Shown piece by piece: positions 1 through 14,264 of a stretch of 64,000 nucleotides of DNA. Below the pieces are notes generated by a model that was given only the letters and a program-made list of their open reading frames with translations, did no database searches and was not told the DNA's origin. The stretch comes from the human T2T-CHM13v2.0 reference genome, Homo sapiens. Where the stretch lies: the NCBI RefSeq assembly GCF_009914755.1, contig NC_060935.1. One strand, 5' to 3'. A program made the position numbers and the translations under genes. Every line of letters starts with the position of its first letter. Positions within the stretch are counted from its first letter, which is position 1.

Positions 1-655
1 GATTCTACCATTCCATATCCAAAGCTTACAGTAAACTTACTTTCAAGCACTGGAATTCACCATGAATTCCCAAAATTAGAATGCGTACTCATGTAGCTAA
101 TGACCTTCTGTGTCCAATCACTTTTAAATTCGAATTAAAGCAGGTAACAAAATATTGAAGCTATTGAGGTTAAATATGTCCTCCTCAATTTCTAAATTAA
201 ATGAAAACATCTTGAGGAATTTTTAATGATGAATTTCCTTACTCAGATTGCCAAATGACATGATCAACAGAGAAAAGCCTGGTTTTGTTTCTCCATCACA
301 CTGCCCTATTAGATTGAATTAGAGCCATATTAACTACTTGTCAAAATGGTAAAAGATAATCTTATTTGGAAGCAATCAAATAACTAGAGTTTGGGTAGAT
401 ATAAAATGTCACTATAATAAAGGAAGTATGGAAATCCTAGACCTTGGGCTATCAAAGTCTGCTACTTAAAATAGCCATTCAACTAATATTTTGCCTTTTT
501 CCATATCAGAAAACTGGCTAATCACTGGGAATTTTTTTTTCCTGCTTAAGAAGGAATTCCTGAAGGAATGTATATTCTATGGAGGGTTGAAAGGATACTG
601 ATATGTAAAAAATGATTATAATAATTATAAGATATAGCGGGTGCCCTAACAGATG

Positions 656-1092
656 TGTTATGGTTTGAATTGTATTCCACCCAAGATTCATGTGCTGAAA
701 TTCTAACTCCTGGTGCTTCAGAATGTGACCTTATTTGGAAGTAGGACCATAGCAGATGTCACTAATTAAATTAAAATGAGATCTTACTGAAGTAGAGTTG
801 GCCTCTAATCCAGTTGACTGTCATCCTTATAAAAAGAATGTCATGTGAAGAGACAGGCATGCACATGGGAAGAATGCTATGTGAAGGTTTGAGTTATACT
901 GCAACAAGCCGAGAAACTTCCAGAAGTTAGGACAGAGGCCTAGAACAGATCCTTCCCCATCATCTTTAGAGAGATCATGGCCCTGCCAATACCTGATCTT
1001 GGACTGCTAGAACTGTGAGAAAATACATTCCTCTTGTTCTAAATCACTCAGTGTGTGATACTTGTTAATGGTAGCCTTAGAAAACTGATACA
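656..1092 (+). mobile_element. Solo MaLR LTR, MLT1B/MLT1C-like
   Basis: TGTTATGG...CTGATACA termini; MLT1-type 'cagaatgtgaccttatttggaa' and 'agaactgtgaga' blocks; perfect 5-bp TSD AGATG at 651-655 and 1093-1097. Confidence 0.9.
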
Positions 1093-1254
1093 AGATGTAT
1101 GGGTCAAGTGTTCTGTGACCACATGGGAGGGACAGATTCATTATGGCTGAGGATCTGAAAAAAGTGACCTCAGGGAAGGTGCCATCAGTTGCATATATGG
1201 AAAAGCGAAAAGGATTTCAACTGGCAGGGAAAATATAGGTTAAGAAAGGAGCGT

Positions 1255-1633
1255 TATATTAGTCTGTCCTCACACTGCTATAGAGATACTACCTGAGACT
1301 GGGTAATTTATGAAGGAAAGAGGTTTAATTGATTCACAACTCTGCATGGCTGGGGAGGCCTCAGGAAACTTACAATCATGGTGGAAGGTGGAAGGAGAAG
1401 AGGAAGCAAGGCTCATCTTACATGGCAGCAGGTGAGAAAGAAGAGCACAGGGGGAACTGCCAAACAATTTTTAAAACCATCAGTTTTTGTCAGAACGTCC
1501 TCACTATCACGAGAACAGCATGGAGGAAACCATGCCCGTGATCCAATCACCTCCCACCAGGTCCCTCTCTCAACACATGGGAATTACAATTGGAGATGAG
1601 ATTTGGGTGGGGACACAGAATCAAACCATATCA
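1255..1633 (-). mobile_element. Solo MaLR LTR, THE1D/MSTA-like
   Basis: 'tattagtc...gagactgggtaatttat...ggggaggcctcaggaaacttacaatcatgg...caaaccatatca' is the reverse complement of a THE1/MST LTR; TSD degenerate (agcgt/ggcat). Confidence 0.88.
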
Positions 1634-1684
1634 GGCATCTTTTCTCCTTTCTTAAGGAGAGTCTTTTCACTTTCACAACTCCCA

Positions 1685-1845
1685 GGAGGACATGGGTTGA
1701 AAAGATACGTATTGGGTATTAAGCTCACTACCTGGGTGATGAGATCCATACCCTAAACCTCAGCATCACACAACATACCCATGTAACACAAACCTGGATA
1801 TGTACCCCCTGAGTGTCAAATAAAATTTGAAATTATTTTTTGAAA
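1685..1845 (+). mobile_element. L1 3'UTR fragment (L1PB or old L1PA type)
   Basis: 'gctcactacctgggtgatg...aaacctcagcatcac...tgtaccccctg...aaataaaa' matches an older primate L1 3' end. Confidence 0.75.
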
Positions 1846-2654
1846 AAGACACTCCTTCAGAACAAAACAAATATACAAAAGAATGAAAAGGAATTCCCCA
1901 GAAAAATTTTAGAGAACCAACTTAAAATTAACTATGGATATTATGTATCTATTTATTCTTCTCTATGAACTAAAAGCCTAATATTATAGTGCAGGGCCCA
2001 TTATATTTGATAAACAAATACATGAATAAATGGCACAGAAGCCAAAATATACTTTTATGTGGGATTGGAATAGACATGAACAAATATGAAGGTATATTCT
2101 ATGTATTAAGTATACAATATCAGTAAAGAGGAAAGTGAAATTTAAAAATTCACTAGTTCAATTTTCTTGAGGGAGGAGTTTTTGTAAATAAATATGAATC
2201 CAAAGCATTTAAAATCTTGAGGCATAACTCGTTCTACCACCCTCAACAAATAAGCAGCAATGATATAATAATCACTCAGAAAGGACCACAGGAAATGCAA
2301 AATGTTGATTTAGTGCAGCTTTAATAATTACAAATTAGGCATTCTTGCTATGAGACTAGAGTCTCACACTAAATCATGAAGAACATTTTTGTAATTTGGA
2401 AAATTTATAGCTAATGGAGTTGAGTTCCCATAACACATTCTGTCTAAGTTACAGAATGCCTAGCACAAATGTCTACAGATGGTCCATTCATTGATTTCAC
2501 AAATATTTATTGAGAGAAGCTCTGTGTTGGGCATTGACCACAACAACAGATAGTGTTCCTAAAAATATTTCAAAGTAAGAAAGATAAATTAATTATGCGC
2601 TAAATGGAAACACTGATGCATTTAGACTACTAGGTAACTACTGAATTCATTTTT

Positions 2655-3660
<1,006 letters not shown>

Positions 3661-3877
3661 AGAAAATCAAGACCTGCCTGAGAAAAACAGGTTTGAGAAC
3701 TGCACATTCCAGGTGAGAAACCTCCAGCCATCTGGGTTGGTCATTCTCTTCAGAACTTGCAGAGAGGTGCATTTCAACAGAGCTGGCACTGCAGTCACCC
3801 CCAAACCTCTGTTAGTTTGCCTTTTTTTTTTGTAAATAGAGACTGTGTCCCTCCTTTCTGCTCTCTCTGAGGGAAGG

Positions 3878-4326
3878 TGTATTAGCCAAGATTCTCTAGA
3901 AGGACAGAACTAATAGGATAGTTATATATGTAAAGGGAGGTTTATTAAGTAGTATTAACTCACATGATCACAAGGTCCCACAATAGGCCATCTGCAAGCT
4001 GAGGAGCAAGGAAGACAGTCCGAGTCCCAAAGCTGAAGAACTTGGAGTCTGGCGTTCAAGGACAGGATGCATCCAGCATAAGAAAAGCATGTAGGCTGGA
4101 AGGCTAGGCCAGCCTAGGCTTTTCATGTTTTTCTGCCTGCTTTATATCCTGGCTGTTCTGGCAGCTGATTAGATGGTGCCCACCCAGATTAAAGGTGGGT
4201 CTGCCTTTCCCAGTCCACTGACTCAAATGTATAATCTCCTTTGGCAACACCCTCACAGACACACTTAGGATCAACACTTTGCATCCTTCAATCCAATCAA
4301 GTTGACACTCAGTATGAACCATCACA
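3878..4326 (-). mobile_element. Solo HERV-L LTR, MLT2A1-like
   Basis: Minus strand starts TGTGATGGTTCATACTGAGTGTCAACTTGATTGGATTGAAGG (MLT2A 5' end) and ends ...AATACA; perfect TSD GAAGG at 3873-3877 and 4327-4331. Confidence 0.92.
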
Positions 4327-5339
4327 GAAGGGAAAGAGGAGCTACCACTCTTTCAAAACCTAGGGAGCGAGGACTCAAGACAATGATTAGTGAAGCTGAA
4401 AGATGCCTGTAAGAAGATCATATTGATATTTTAATTCCTGGTAGGATATTTACTTGACCACTAAACTTACCAATCTGCTTTGTTACACTCTTTGAGTGGG
4501 AAAAGAAAGGACTGAGAGAGAGGGTGTGATGGGATACAGGAGGGCAAAGAGAAGGCCAGGATTCCTGCATTTCCATCTTGAGTTCAGATTTCCAAGAGGA
4601 CTCAGATTTGGGGTTATGGTCTTGATGGTGACAGTTACATCATGAGGCAGAGGCACATACATTAAAGACATGATCCGTGATCATGCCAATTGAGGGCCAG
4701 TGGAAGATGTATTCAATCATTCAAGGAGCATCCAATGCCTTCTAAAGCTGCTTGGGAGTGAGGCCATCATCAGCTCAACCTGCTGGAGTTATTCCTTGCC
4801 CTGTGGAGCCCACCTCAAATGCCATTTAGAGCCCAACCAGGAAAAAAAAAAAACTAAACCTCAACACCTCAGGAGCAGTAGAACAGGGTAGAATCTGCCT
4901 CATTTATCACTCCCGTCTGCCCCAACATCCTACAGTGTGTAAAATTAGGCAATGTCTTGCACATACACACCACTCCAAATTCCTAGAGCTGCAAGTCTCA
5001 TCTATATAGAAGGAAAATATGGAGAATTTTTAAATCAAATAGGAGATTTAGACTTTAAAATACACAGAGATAAATCTCAGAAAATGCAACAAGTCTGTTC
5101 TAATAATGGAATATGGCTGAAAAGTAATGAAGATGCCAAGATACTGTCCCAGTGGAAAAGGAGCTTTCAATACAGTACAACTGGTACTAGTTAACAGAAA
5201 AAAAGTGAAACCATTTGGGTTTATATCTTGATGAGCTGAAATTCCTCACTAAAACACCAGTACTTGGTGTCTGTGATATATAAAGAATATTTATAATTAA
5301 TCCAAAAAAATACCTGCAAGAAAAATGGGTGTCTTGATT

Positions 5340-5728
5340 ATCTAAACTTAGTTGCTCCAAGCAATTATCATTGCTTTACTTTTGATTCTGTAGTTTTGGC
5401 AGAGCCCAGTGGGGACAGCTTGTGTGTGCCCCATGTGTCATTTGCTGTGGCTGAAGTGCCCAAGGTGGCTTCTTCACTCATATGTCTGGCACTTTAGCTA
5501 GGATGGCTGGAACAGGAGGGAGGCTGGAAGGATGTCTCTCTCTGTCTTTCTCTCTCTCCTCATAGCCTCTCCACATGGCTAGCTTGTACTTCCTCACAGC
5601 ATGGCAGTCTCAGAGTACTTGGATCTCTTACATAGAAACTGGCTTCCTCTAAAGAGCAAAAGTAGAGCTTGCCTTGCTTTCTTAGGCCCAGACTGGCACA
5701 GTGTCAATTCTGACACATTCTATTAGTT
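5340..5728 (-). mobile_element. Old MaLR LTR fragment (MLT1H-type)
   Basis: 'aaggtggcttcttcactcatatgtctggc', 'ctctccacatggctagcttg..cttcctcacagcatggcagtctcag'. Confidence 0.65.
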
Positions 5729-5729
5729 A

Positions 5730-6275
5730 TTCTAGAGAAATTTGTCCACATTGTGCCAAGACACAAAGATGTTCATCACATTATTGTTTGTAATATCAAA
5801 ACAAACATTTGGAAACAACCCAAATGTCTAATTATTAGTGTTGAGATGCATAAAATATGTTAAATTTTTATAATGCAGCAAGAGAAAATGAACAAACTGG
5901 ATCATGATTTATCATCACGAAAACATCTAAAATAATGTTGAGTGAGAAAAGATAGTTGAAAAACCACACACTATGAAACAAACTATGTAATTTTTAAAAA
6001 TACAAGCTAGGACTACATTTTTTTATATGGATATATTGTGAAAGCATTAAATCACACCAAAATCAAGATAGTGAATGCCTCCATGAAGGGAAGTAGAGGC
6101 ATTCTGAGAAATGGACAAAGTAGAATTCAACTTTATTTGTAATATTTAAATTATTTTATATTTTAAAGCTGATGTGAATATGATGAAATTTTATTCTTTA
6201 TTGATAGCTCTTTCCTATATTTGTCTCTGAAATTTTCTGAACTTTAAATCCTCTTCAAAATTTAAATTTAAAAAG
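5730..6275 (+). mobile_element. L1ME 3' remnant
   Basis: 'gatgttcatcacattattgtttgtaata...ggaaacaacccaaatgtc', 'aataatgttgagtgagaaaag'. Confidence 0.65.
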
Positions 6276-6343
6276 TATAAGAGTTCACTTGTCTTACAAT
6301 TGCTAATCTAGGTGGAGGGCTCAAGATAGTTTAGTTTGGGAAT

Positions 6344-6810
6344 TGTCAACATCTATGAAGGGTCTGAGATGCTTACCCTACTTGTAAGTTAACCAGATAG
6401 ACTGCCACAGTCTCATGTATGCCAACAGAAGGTGTGTGACTTCTGGGTCAGAAACAAAAGACTTTATTACTCAATGGCAACAGCAGTGGCCAGGGTGTCA
6501 GCACTTGTGTCAGTTTCCCAACTTCCAGGGCAATACAAAGAAGGTTGTATTACAGAAGAGGAACACTGGGTTTATGGAACCTAAATCTTTTCTAATGGGT
6601 GGTAAGACTGCTTGGTCTATGCTCTGGACACTGTTTTCCAAAGTCATAAGCCAATCTGCCATTGCTCCAGAGGGAGACACCATATCTATCTTCCAAGGCT
6701 GGTTGTGACATAAGCATCCTTGGAAATATAGCCTAAGACAAAGTGAGCCAATTCCTTGCTCATAAAGTCTTCAGAAATTCAAGGGACCAATGGAGAATTA
6801 TCTCTGAACA
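6344..6810 (-). mobile_element. Solo ERVL LTR, LTR47-like
   Basis: TGTCAA...AACA termini; 'gaagggtctgagat..taccctacttg', 'gctccagagggagacac..tatctatcttccaaggctg'; TSD ggaat/gaaat (4/5). Confidence 0.75.
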
Positions 6811-6841
6811 GAAATTTTTCAATATGTGAAGATTTACCCTG

Positions 6842-6987
6842 CTATAATAGCAATAACATAGGACTAATTATTAGTCCCATGAAATATGCTATCCTTTACC
6901 TAAGTCTGAAGAGAAACATATATCTTGTATACATCTTGTATAAGTTGAACCATTCTAATAATTAGTCCTATGATATTGCTATTATAG
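6842..6987. repeat. Near-perfect inverted repeat: 33-bp arms, 80-bp spacer
   Basis: 6842-6874 CTATAATAGCAATAACATAGGACTAATTATTAG is the reverse complement of 6955-6987 at 32/33 positions. Confidence 0.95.
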
Positions 6988-7767
6988 TGTTAAAGACTTA
7001 TATTTAAAGCTTTTACATTTAACATAGTACATTGCTTATTCTAACTACAAACCTCTACAAGCTAAAACCATAAAATCAGAAGAATGAAACTTTAATACAA
7101 GCCAGATCAGTAAGATACTAATGATTATGAAAAAAGGCTAGCTTGTAACAGAATAATACAACAGCATTGCACCTCAACTACAATGTTTTTTAAAACATTA
7201 AGTGTCATTTTAAAATTTTATCAGGAAAGAAAAAAACAACTACATAAGACCAGAATATTTAAAGATCTTGTAACTCATAAATACACTATACTATAAACAA
7301 GGTCCCATGACATAAAATAAAATGAGCTATAGACATGCTTTAGAATTAACTTCAGTACACATTATGATGCATAATAGCTGCTGAGATCTTTAAACAATTC
7401 ATAATATATGTTTTACTTCTCTATATTAATAAGAATAAATTCAAAATACCATACAAAAATTTTTAAAGGCCTACATTGAAATTCCAAGAAAGCCAACCTG
7501 AATTTTGGAGTGAGGATAATGATAATGGACAGTCATATAAAACTATTCAGTCTATAAAACACATAAAGCACTTTTTACATGCAAAATATTAAAATGCTAA
7601 TTCTTAAACAACTTGGAAGCAAAATATTATTTGAACATATACTAAGTCTCTGTCTAACTACTAAGGGCTTCTTAGTACAGAGTGGGAGCTCATTGAAGTC
7701 TGATTCTTGTCACGCCCGAGCCCAGGACAGAAGGTTCAGGCAGTAGAGAAAGAGGGAAATCACAAGC

Positions 7768-8154
7768 TTTTTTTTTCTTCTTCTTCTTCTTCTTTTATTT
7801 TTTTCAATTTCTACTTTTATTTTAGATACAGGGGATACATGTGCAGGTTTGCTACGTGGGTATATTGCAGCCAGATAGTGAGCATAGTACCCAATCGGTA
7901 GTTTTCCAAACCACTCCCCACTCCTTTCCCTCTAGTAAACTACAGCTTCTATTGTTCCCATGTTTATATCCATGTGTGCTCAATGTTTAGCTCCCACTTA
8001 GAAGTGAGAACTTGTGGTATTTGACTTTCTCTTCCTGCATTAATTTGCTTAGGAGTATAGCCTCCAGCTCCATCCATGTTGCTGCAAAGGACTTGATTTC
8101 ATTTTTTCTTTCATGTCTGTGTAGTATTCCATGATGTCTATGTAACACATTTTT
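7768..8154 (-). mobile_element. 5'-truncated L1 3' end (old L1PA/L1PB)
   Basis: T-rich tail, then 'ttttattttagatacagggg.tacatgtgcaggtttg...gtttagctcccactta.aagtgagaac'. Confidence 0.85.
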
Positions 8155-8755
8155 TCCCTAGTTGTTTTTTCATTTGGTTTTTTTGTTGTTGTTATTGGTT
8201 TTTTTTAACTTTTATTTTAATTTCAGGGGTACATGTGCAGATTTGTTATATAGGTAACTTACATGTCACAGGAGTCTGGTGTACAGATTATTTCATCACC
8301 CAAGTAATAAGCATAGTACCAATAGATAGTTTTTCATCCTCATCCTCCTCTCGCCCTCCACCCTCAAGTAGGCCCCAGTGTCTGTTTTTCCTTTCTTTGT
8401 GTCCATTTGCACTAAGCGTTTAGCTCCCACTGATAAGAGAGAGCATGGGGCATTCAGTTTTCTGTTCCTGCCTTAGTTCACTTAGGATAATGGCCTCCAG
8501 CTGCATCCATGTTGCTGCAAAAAACATAATCTCATTCTTTTCATGGCAGTGTAGTGTTCTGTGGTGTATACGTACATTCTTTATCTAGTCTACCATTGAT
8601 GGGCATTTAGATTGAATCCATGTCTTTGTTATTGTGAATAGTGCTTCAATGAACATATGCATGTATGTGTCTTTACTGTAGAACAATTTATATTCCTTTG
8701 AGTATATACCCAATAAAGGGATTTCTGGATCAAATAGTAATTCTGTTTTAAGTTA
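8155..8755 (-). mobile_element. Second 5'-truncated L1 3' end (L1PA15-16/L1PB-like), in tandem with the previous one
   Basis: Own T-rich tail; 'aggggtacatgtgcag..ttgttatataggtaa...tacagattatttcatcaccca'; candidate TSD TAACACATTTT. Confidence 0.85.
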
Positions 8756-8769
8756 AAATAACACATTTT

Positions 8770-8950
8770 GAAGTCCAACTTTTCCAGATTTGAATCCCAA
8801 CCCCACTACTTTATAGCTCTATGACCCTGAGCAAGTCACAACTTATATAACCCTCAGTTTCCTCACCTGCAAAATAAAAAGGATAATATCTAAATTTTAT
8901 TTGAAATGGCTAGCACTACATCTGGCATGTAGCAGGCCTCAATATTAGTT
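8770..8950 (+). mobile_element. MIR
   Basis: 'ttgaatccca...atgaccctgagcaagtca...cctcagtttcctcacctgcaaaat' MIR core. Confidence 0.75.
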
Positions 8951-9110
8951 CTTTAAGTTCTGAAATATTTCCATTTCATATTTAATCATCCTAATAAGTA
9001 AGTGAAACAATACAGATCAGTGTGGCTTGGAGTTTCAGTCTATTACATGCCAGTAGTATTACCCCATGATTATGGTTTAGTAAAAGAGGGACATGGTTGA
9101 TTGAACTCTG

Positions 9111-9167
9111 TATCCCTTACCTAACTCTGAAGAGAAATGCCTATCTTGTGTAGGTTGAACCATTTTA
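9111..9167. repeat. Diverged direct repeat of 6890-6957
   Basis: 48/57 aligned identities; the 6.9-kb copy has an extra 11-bp internal tandem duplication (catcttgtata). Confidence 0.85.
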
Positions 9168-9489
9168 TCAAACAAATAGAAAGAAAACATGTTGCAATAA
9201 ATTTTCCATAAAAAGTAAGACAAACCCAGGATATGGCTTTGCTAGTAGGAAGAACTCCAGGCCAGAAGTTAACACAGGGGACCTTTAGTTCCACTTATTC
9301 TTCTAACCAGCTGTGTAGTCTTAGGAAAGTCATATACTTTCTGCCCTCTGGCCCTCAGCTTATCTGCTAAAGGGGTTTTATTTATTCCAATATTTATGGA
9401 GATTGTTGGGTCAGGCTTAGATATTTTTTGAAAGAAAGGCACAATCCCTACCTGTAACTGACACTATTAGTTTCCTGTCCTATAGCCAT

Positions 9490-9995
9490 TGTGCCTTCTG
9501 CCCCAAAGTCTTCGTAGATTTAAAAAAAAAAAAAAGTATTTTGTTCAGGCTTCAATGTGCCCAGCTCCAAAAGATAAGTCATGATTGCTCTAAATCAATC
9601 ATGACAACTTCATTCTCCTTTGCCAAATAGTCTCTTTTTCAGCCCCCTTTGCAACTAGAAATGGCTACAAGGCTTGGCTCTGGTTAATAAGGCATAAGGG
9701 AACATCTAGTAGGCTTCTGGAACAAATTTTCTTCACTAATAAAAGGAGATCCTTTTCCCACATAATATTCTGCTTACCACTTGGGATGCTAGGGACGCAG
9801 TGCCTAGAACTCTGGTAGCCATCTTGTGACCGTGAAGTTACAAACACAAGGAAGGTGAATCAACCCACCTAGAGTGACGGAAAAGTCTTAGTCTTTAATA
9901 GCATCATTGAGCCACTGAAAATTGCCTGAGAACGTTTTACTGCATAATACGTATGTCGTTATTAGTTAAGCTACTGTTATTTGGGTATTGATGTG
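9490..9995 (+). mobile_element. Old MaLR LTR (MLT1J/K/L-type)
   Basis: 'ttttgttcagg..aatgtgcccagc', 'gccatcttgtgaccgtga', 'gcatcattgagccactg', 'ttaagctactgt'. Confidence 0.6.
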
Positions 9996-10025
9996 TTGGG
10001 TATTATAATGATAATCACAGCAAAC

Positions 10026-10550
<525 letters not shown>

Positions 10551-10585
10551 AACACATTCTGCAAAGCTGTTAAAAATTATTTGTT

Positions 10586-11904
<1,319 letters not shown>

Positions 11905-12290
11905 GGGTACAAAAATGGGAAATGGATTCTTAAGAAAATAATTAAGCCAAAAATAAAGAAGATAAAAGAAAAATAAATTATTTCTCACTTATTTAAAAAA
12001 AAGAATAAGAATTAACTTCTGATTGTAAGAGTATTCAAGTCCTTTAAGAGATAGTTAATATCAGGGCATCATAGACTCATTGTGTGCTGATAAAATTATT
12101 TTGGATAAAACGGTAAAGGATGAGTCATTCTGCCTTTTATTAAAGAAGAAAGAATCCACATACCACGCACTTTATGAGGGAGCAATTAACTACAAGAGAA
12201 CTAAGTTAATGAGTATAAACCATGTGCCCTCTTCTCCCATGCAATTATCTGTGCAAAGTTTGTATCCTGTTGTAAAAGTCACTGACATCT

Positions 12291-12372
12291 AGGGCCATCA
12301 CACATAGCTGCACAAACCCTGTACTACACAGCCCTGGGGGACAACCCTGGAGTTGTGCAGTGTGGCAGCTCT
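12291..12372. mobile_element. MER91-like hAT MITE fragment
   Basis: 'agggccatcacacatagctgcacaa...gttgtgcagtgtggcagctctg' resembles MER91 termini. Confidence 0.45.
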
Positions 12373-12844
12373 GCTGACATTGCCCTTGTGCCCTCTTGTT
12401 ATCTTGCTATAGTCCTCATACTTTACTGATACTTTTAAAATAATTGAAGTGCTCAGCCAAGTGACTTGGAAGCAAGATAAAAGCTGAACATAGCATACAT
12501 AAGGTATGTGCAGGCACACACACACTTGCACACGCAAACTCCCACACACAGGTCCACATGACCACAATGGCACACTGATTTTATCAAAGCATTTTCCCAC
12601 TTCCTAATGCAAACTCAGTCTATCTGTATAAGAAATGGACCAAAGGCCATCTTCAGTGGCACTACCATCTGAACTCAACCCCAAACAGAGCCATTGACTT
12701 TATCTAGAATTTCAAGATTATTCTAGTTTCTTAGCCAGTCAGGACAAGTTCAGAAAGCTTCTCAGGAATATAACCACACAAATTAGTAAAAGTTTTGAAT
12801 CAGTCTTGTAGCCAATAAATGTGGTATCTCAACCGCCAAGTATT

Positions 12845-13620
12845 TTGTTTTTATTAAATGTTTACTCTGTATCAGGTATTGTGCGGAATACTTTACCTTT
12901 GTTATTTCATTAAATCTTTTCTACGTATGTAACATGTGCACATTATACAAATGGAAAATCTGAATCTCAAATAAGCTAGCAAGTTGCAGCATATACTGCT
13001 GGTTTCCTGTCCCTTCTTTCTTCCTAAGCGAGCACAAATTTTGTTCAGGTATCCACCCTGCATCAAAAGATTAAGTGTGATACTCATCCCAAGCTCTTAG
13101 AGTAGATTTTTTTTCTTCTAAGTTAATCATAATGATCTTGTTTTCCTATTATGATTGATTTATAAATGGACATATTAGCCTATTCTGGTCAGAGAAAAGT
13201 GAGAAGAAGTTTGCTGTGGCATTTTTTGAAAAGTTGTGTCACTCCTACAGAAGAGACACAGAAAGAAACTAATCTCTCTTCTTTTCCTCAAGACTTTCTT
13301 GCCTGGATGTGGTACCTAGAACTGCTGCTGCCATCTTTCTGCCAACTTAAATATTAAACCAACTTGCTGAAAAAAGCAAAAGAATACGAAAAGAATCACA
13401 GAGAGATAGAGTCAGAGCTCTGGCATATTAGACATAGGAAATACTTATTTTCAGTATTTATTGATGTGTGAGAAAATAAGCAATCTTATCCTTAAATGTA
13501 ACCAGAGTTGAGTTTTCTATTAAGTGTGTTTTTATTAAGTGTTGGACAAAATAAGTGGTAGACCTGGGATTTGAACACAGGTCTGTCTATTGCCAGTACT
13601 GGTGCCCTAAACCATAACAT
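12845..13620 (-). mobile_element. MIR split by an MLT1 LTR (MIR pieces ~12845-12990 and ~13550-13620)
   Basis: 'tatacaaatggaaaatctga' core on the left; resumes as 'ctgggatttgaacacaggtctgtct' on the right. Confidence 0.6.
12995..13545 (+). mobile_element. Old MaLR LTR (MLT1J/K/L-type)
   Basis: 'cccttctttcttcct...ttttgttcagg', 'ctagaactgctgctgccatctt', 'gagttgagttttct'. Confidence 0.6.
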
Positions 13621-14264
13621 ACTTCCTGTGAGTGCTCAATGCCTCTATATGGATAAAGTATAGACACAACATTGCCTCACATCCCTCCCAGCACACTCAC
13701 ACACACACACCTTTGCCCAAGCCTGTGAAACTCAGCCTTTGACTTATTTACCCCATCCAGCACTCATCTTACTACTTGAGCTTCTCCAGAAATTTGCCTA
13801 TTTGGTGGAGACAGAAAATTGGTCTAGCTTTTGATAACCAAGCCCAATTCAAGATTCAAGCCCCATCTAAACTCAGTCACTGGAAAGGCCATTTCTTAGA
13901 ACCATCACCACCAATACTGCCACCAATGACCGAAAAAAAAGATTACAAATGTACTTACATTGTTAAACATGTTAGATGACATTTAGCATGTATCTACTAC
14001 CATTGTTTAAAGAATCTGAAATTCCCTACTTTGTTTCAACCTGGATGATCCAGAGCTTTTTCTCAAATAAATTTTTTCCTTCATTACTATATGCTTTCTT
14101 TAGAGCGCCCGAATATCAGATCTTAGAGCTTCTGTCATTTGAAACAATGTTAGGAAACTCAATACCAAAAAAAAACCTTAGATTTATAGCTTTGTCATCA
14201 AGATCACCAACTTCCTTCTGGAACATTAAGACAGTATCCACTGGTATTCAAAGAAGGAAAAGAA

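Noticed and set aside
6842-6987. miRNA precursor or MADE/mariner MITE
   Set aside because: The 80-nt loop is too large for a pre-miRNA. There is no TSD, and the arms do not match a TIR I recognise; the 'gttgaaccat' match to MADE2 is only ~10 nt.
14040-14110. CD2-like Ig-domain similarity of AYSNEGKNLFEKK
   Set aside because: The resemblance covers only ~13 residues, lacks the other V-set landmarks and is flanked by stops; it cannot be supported without a profile search.
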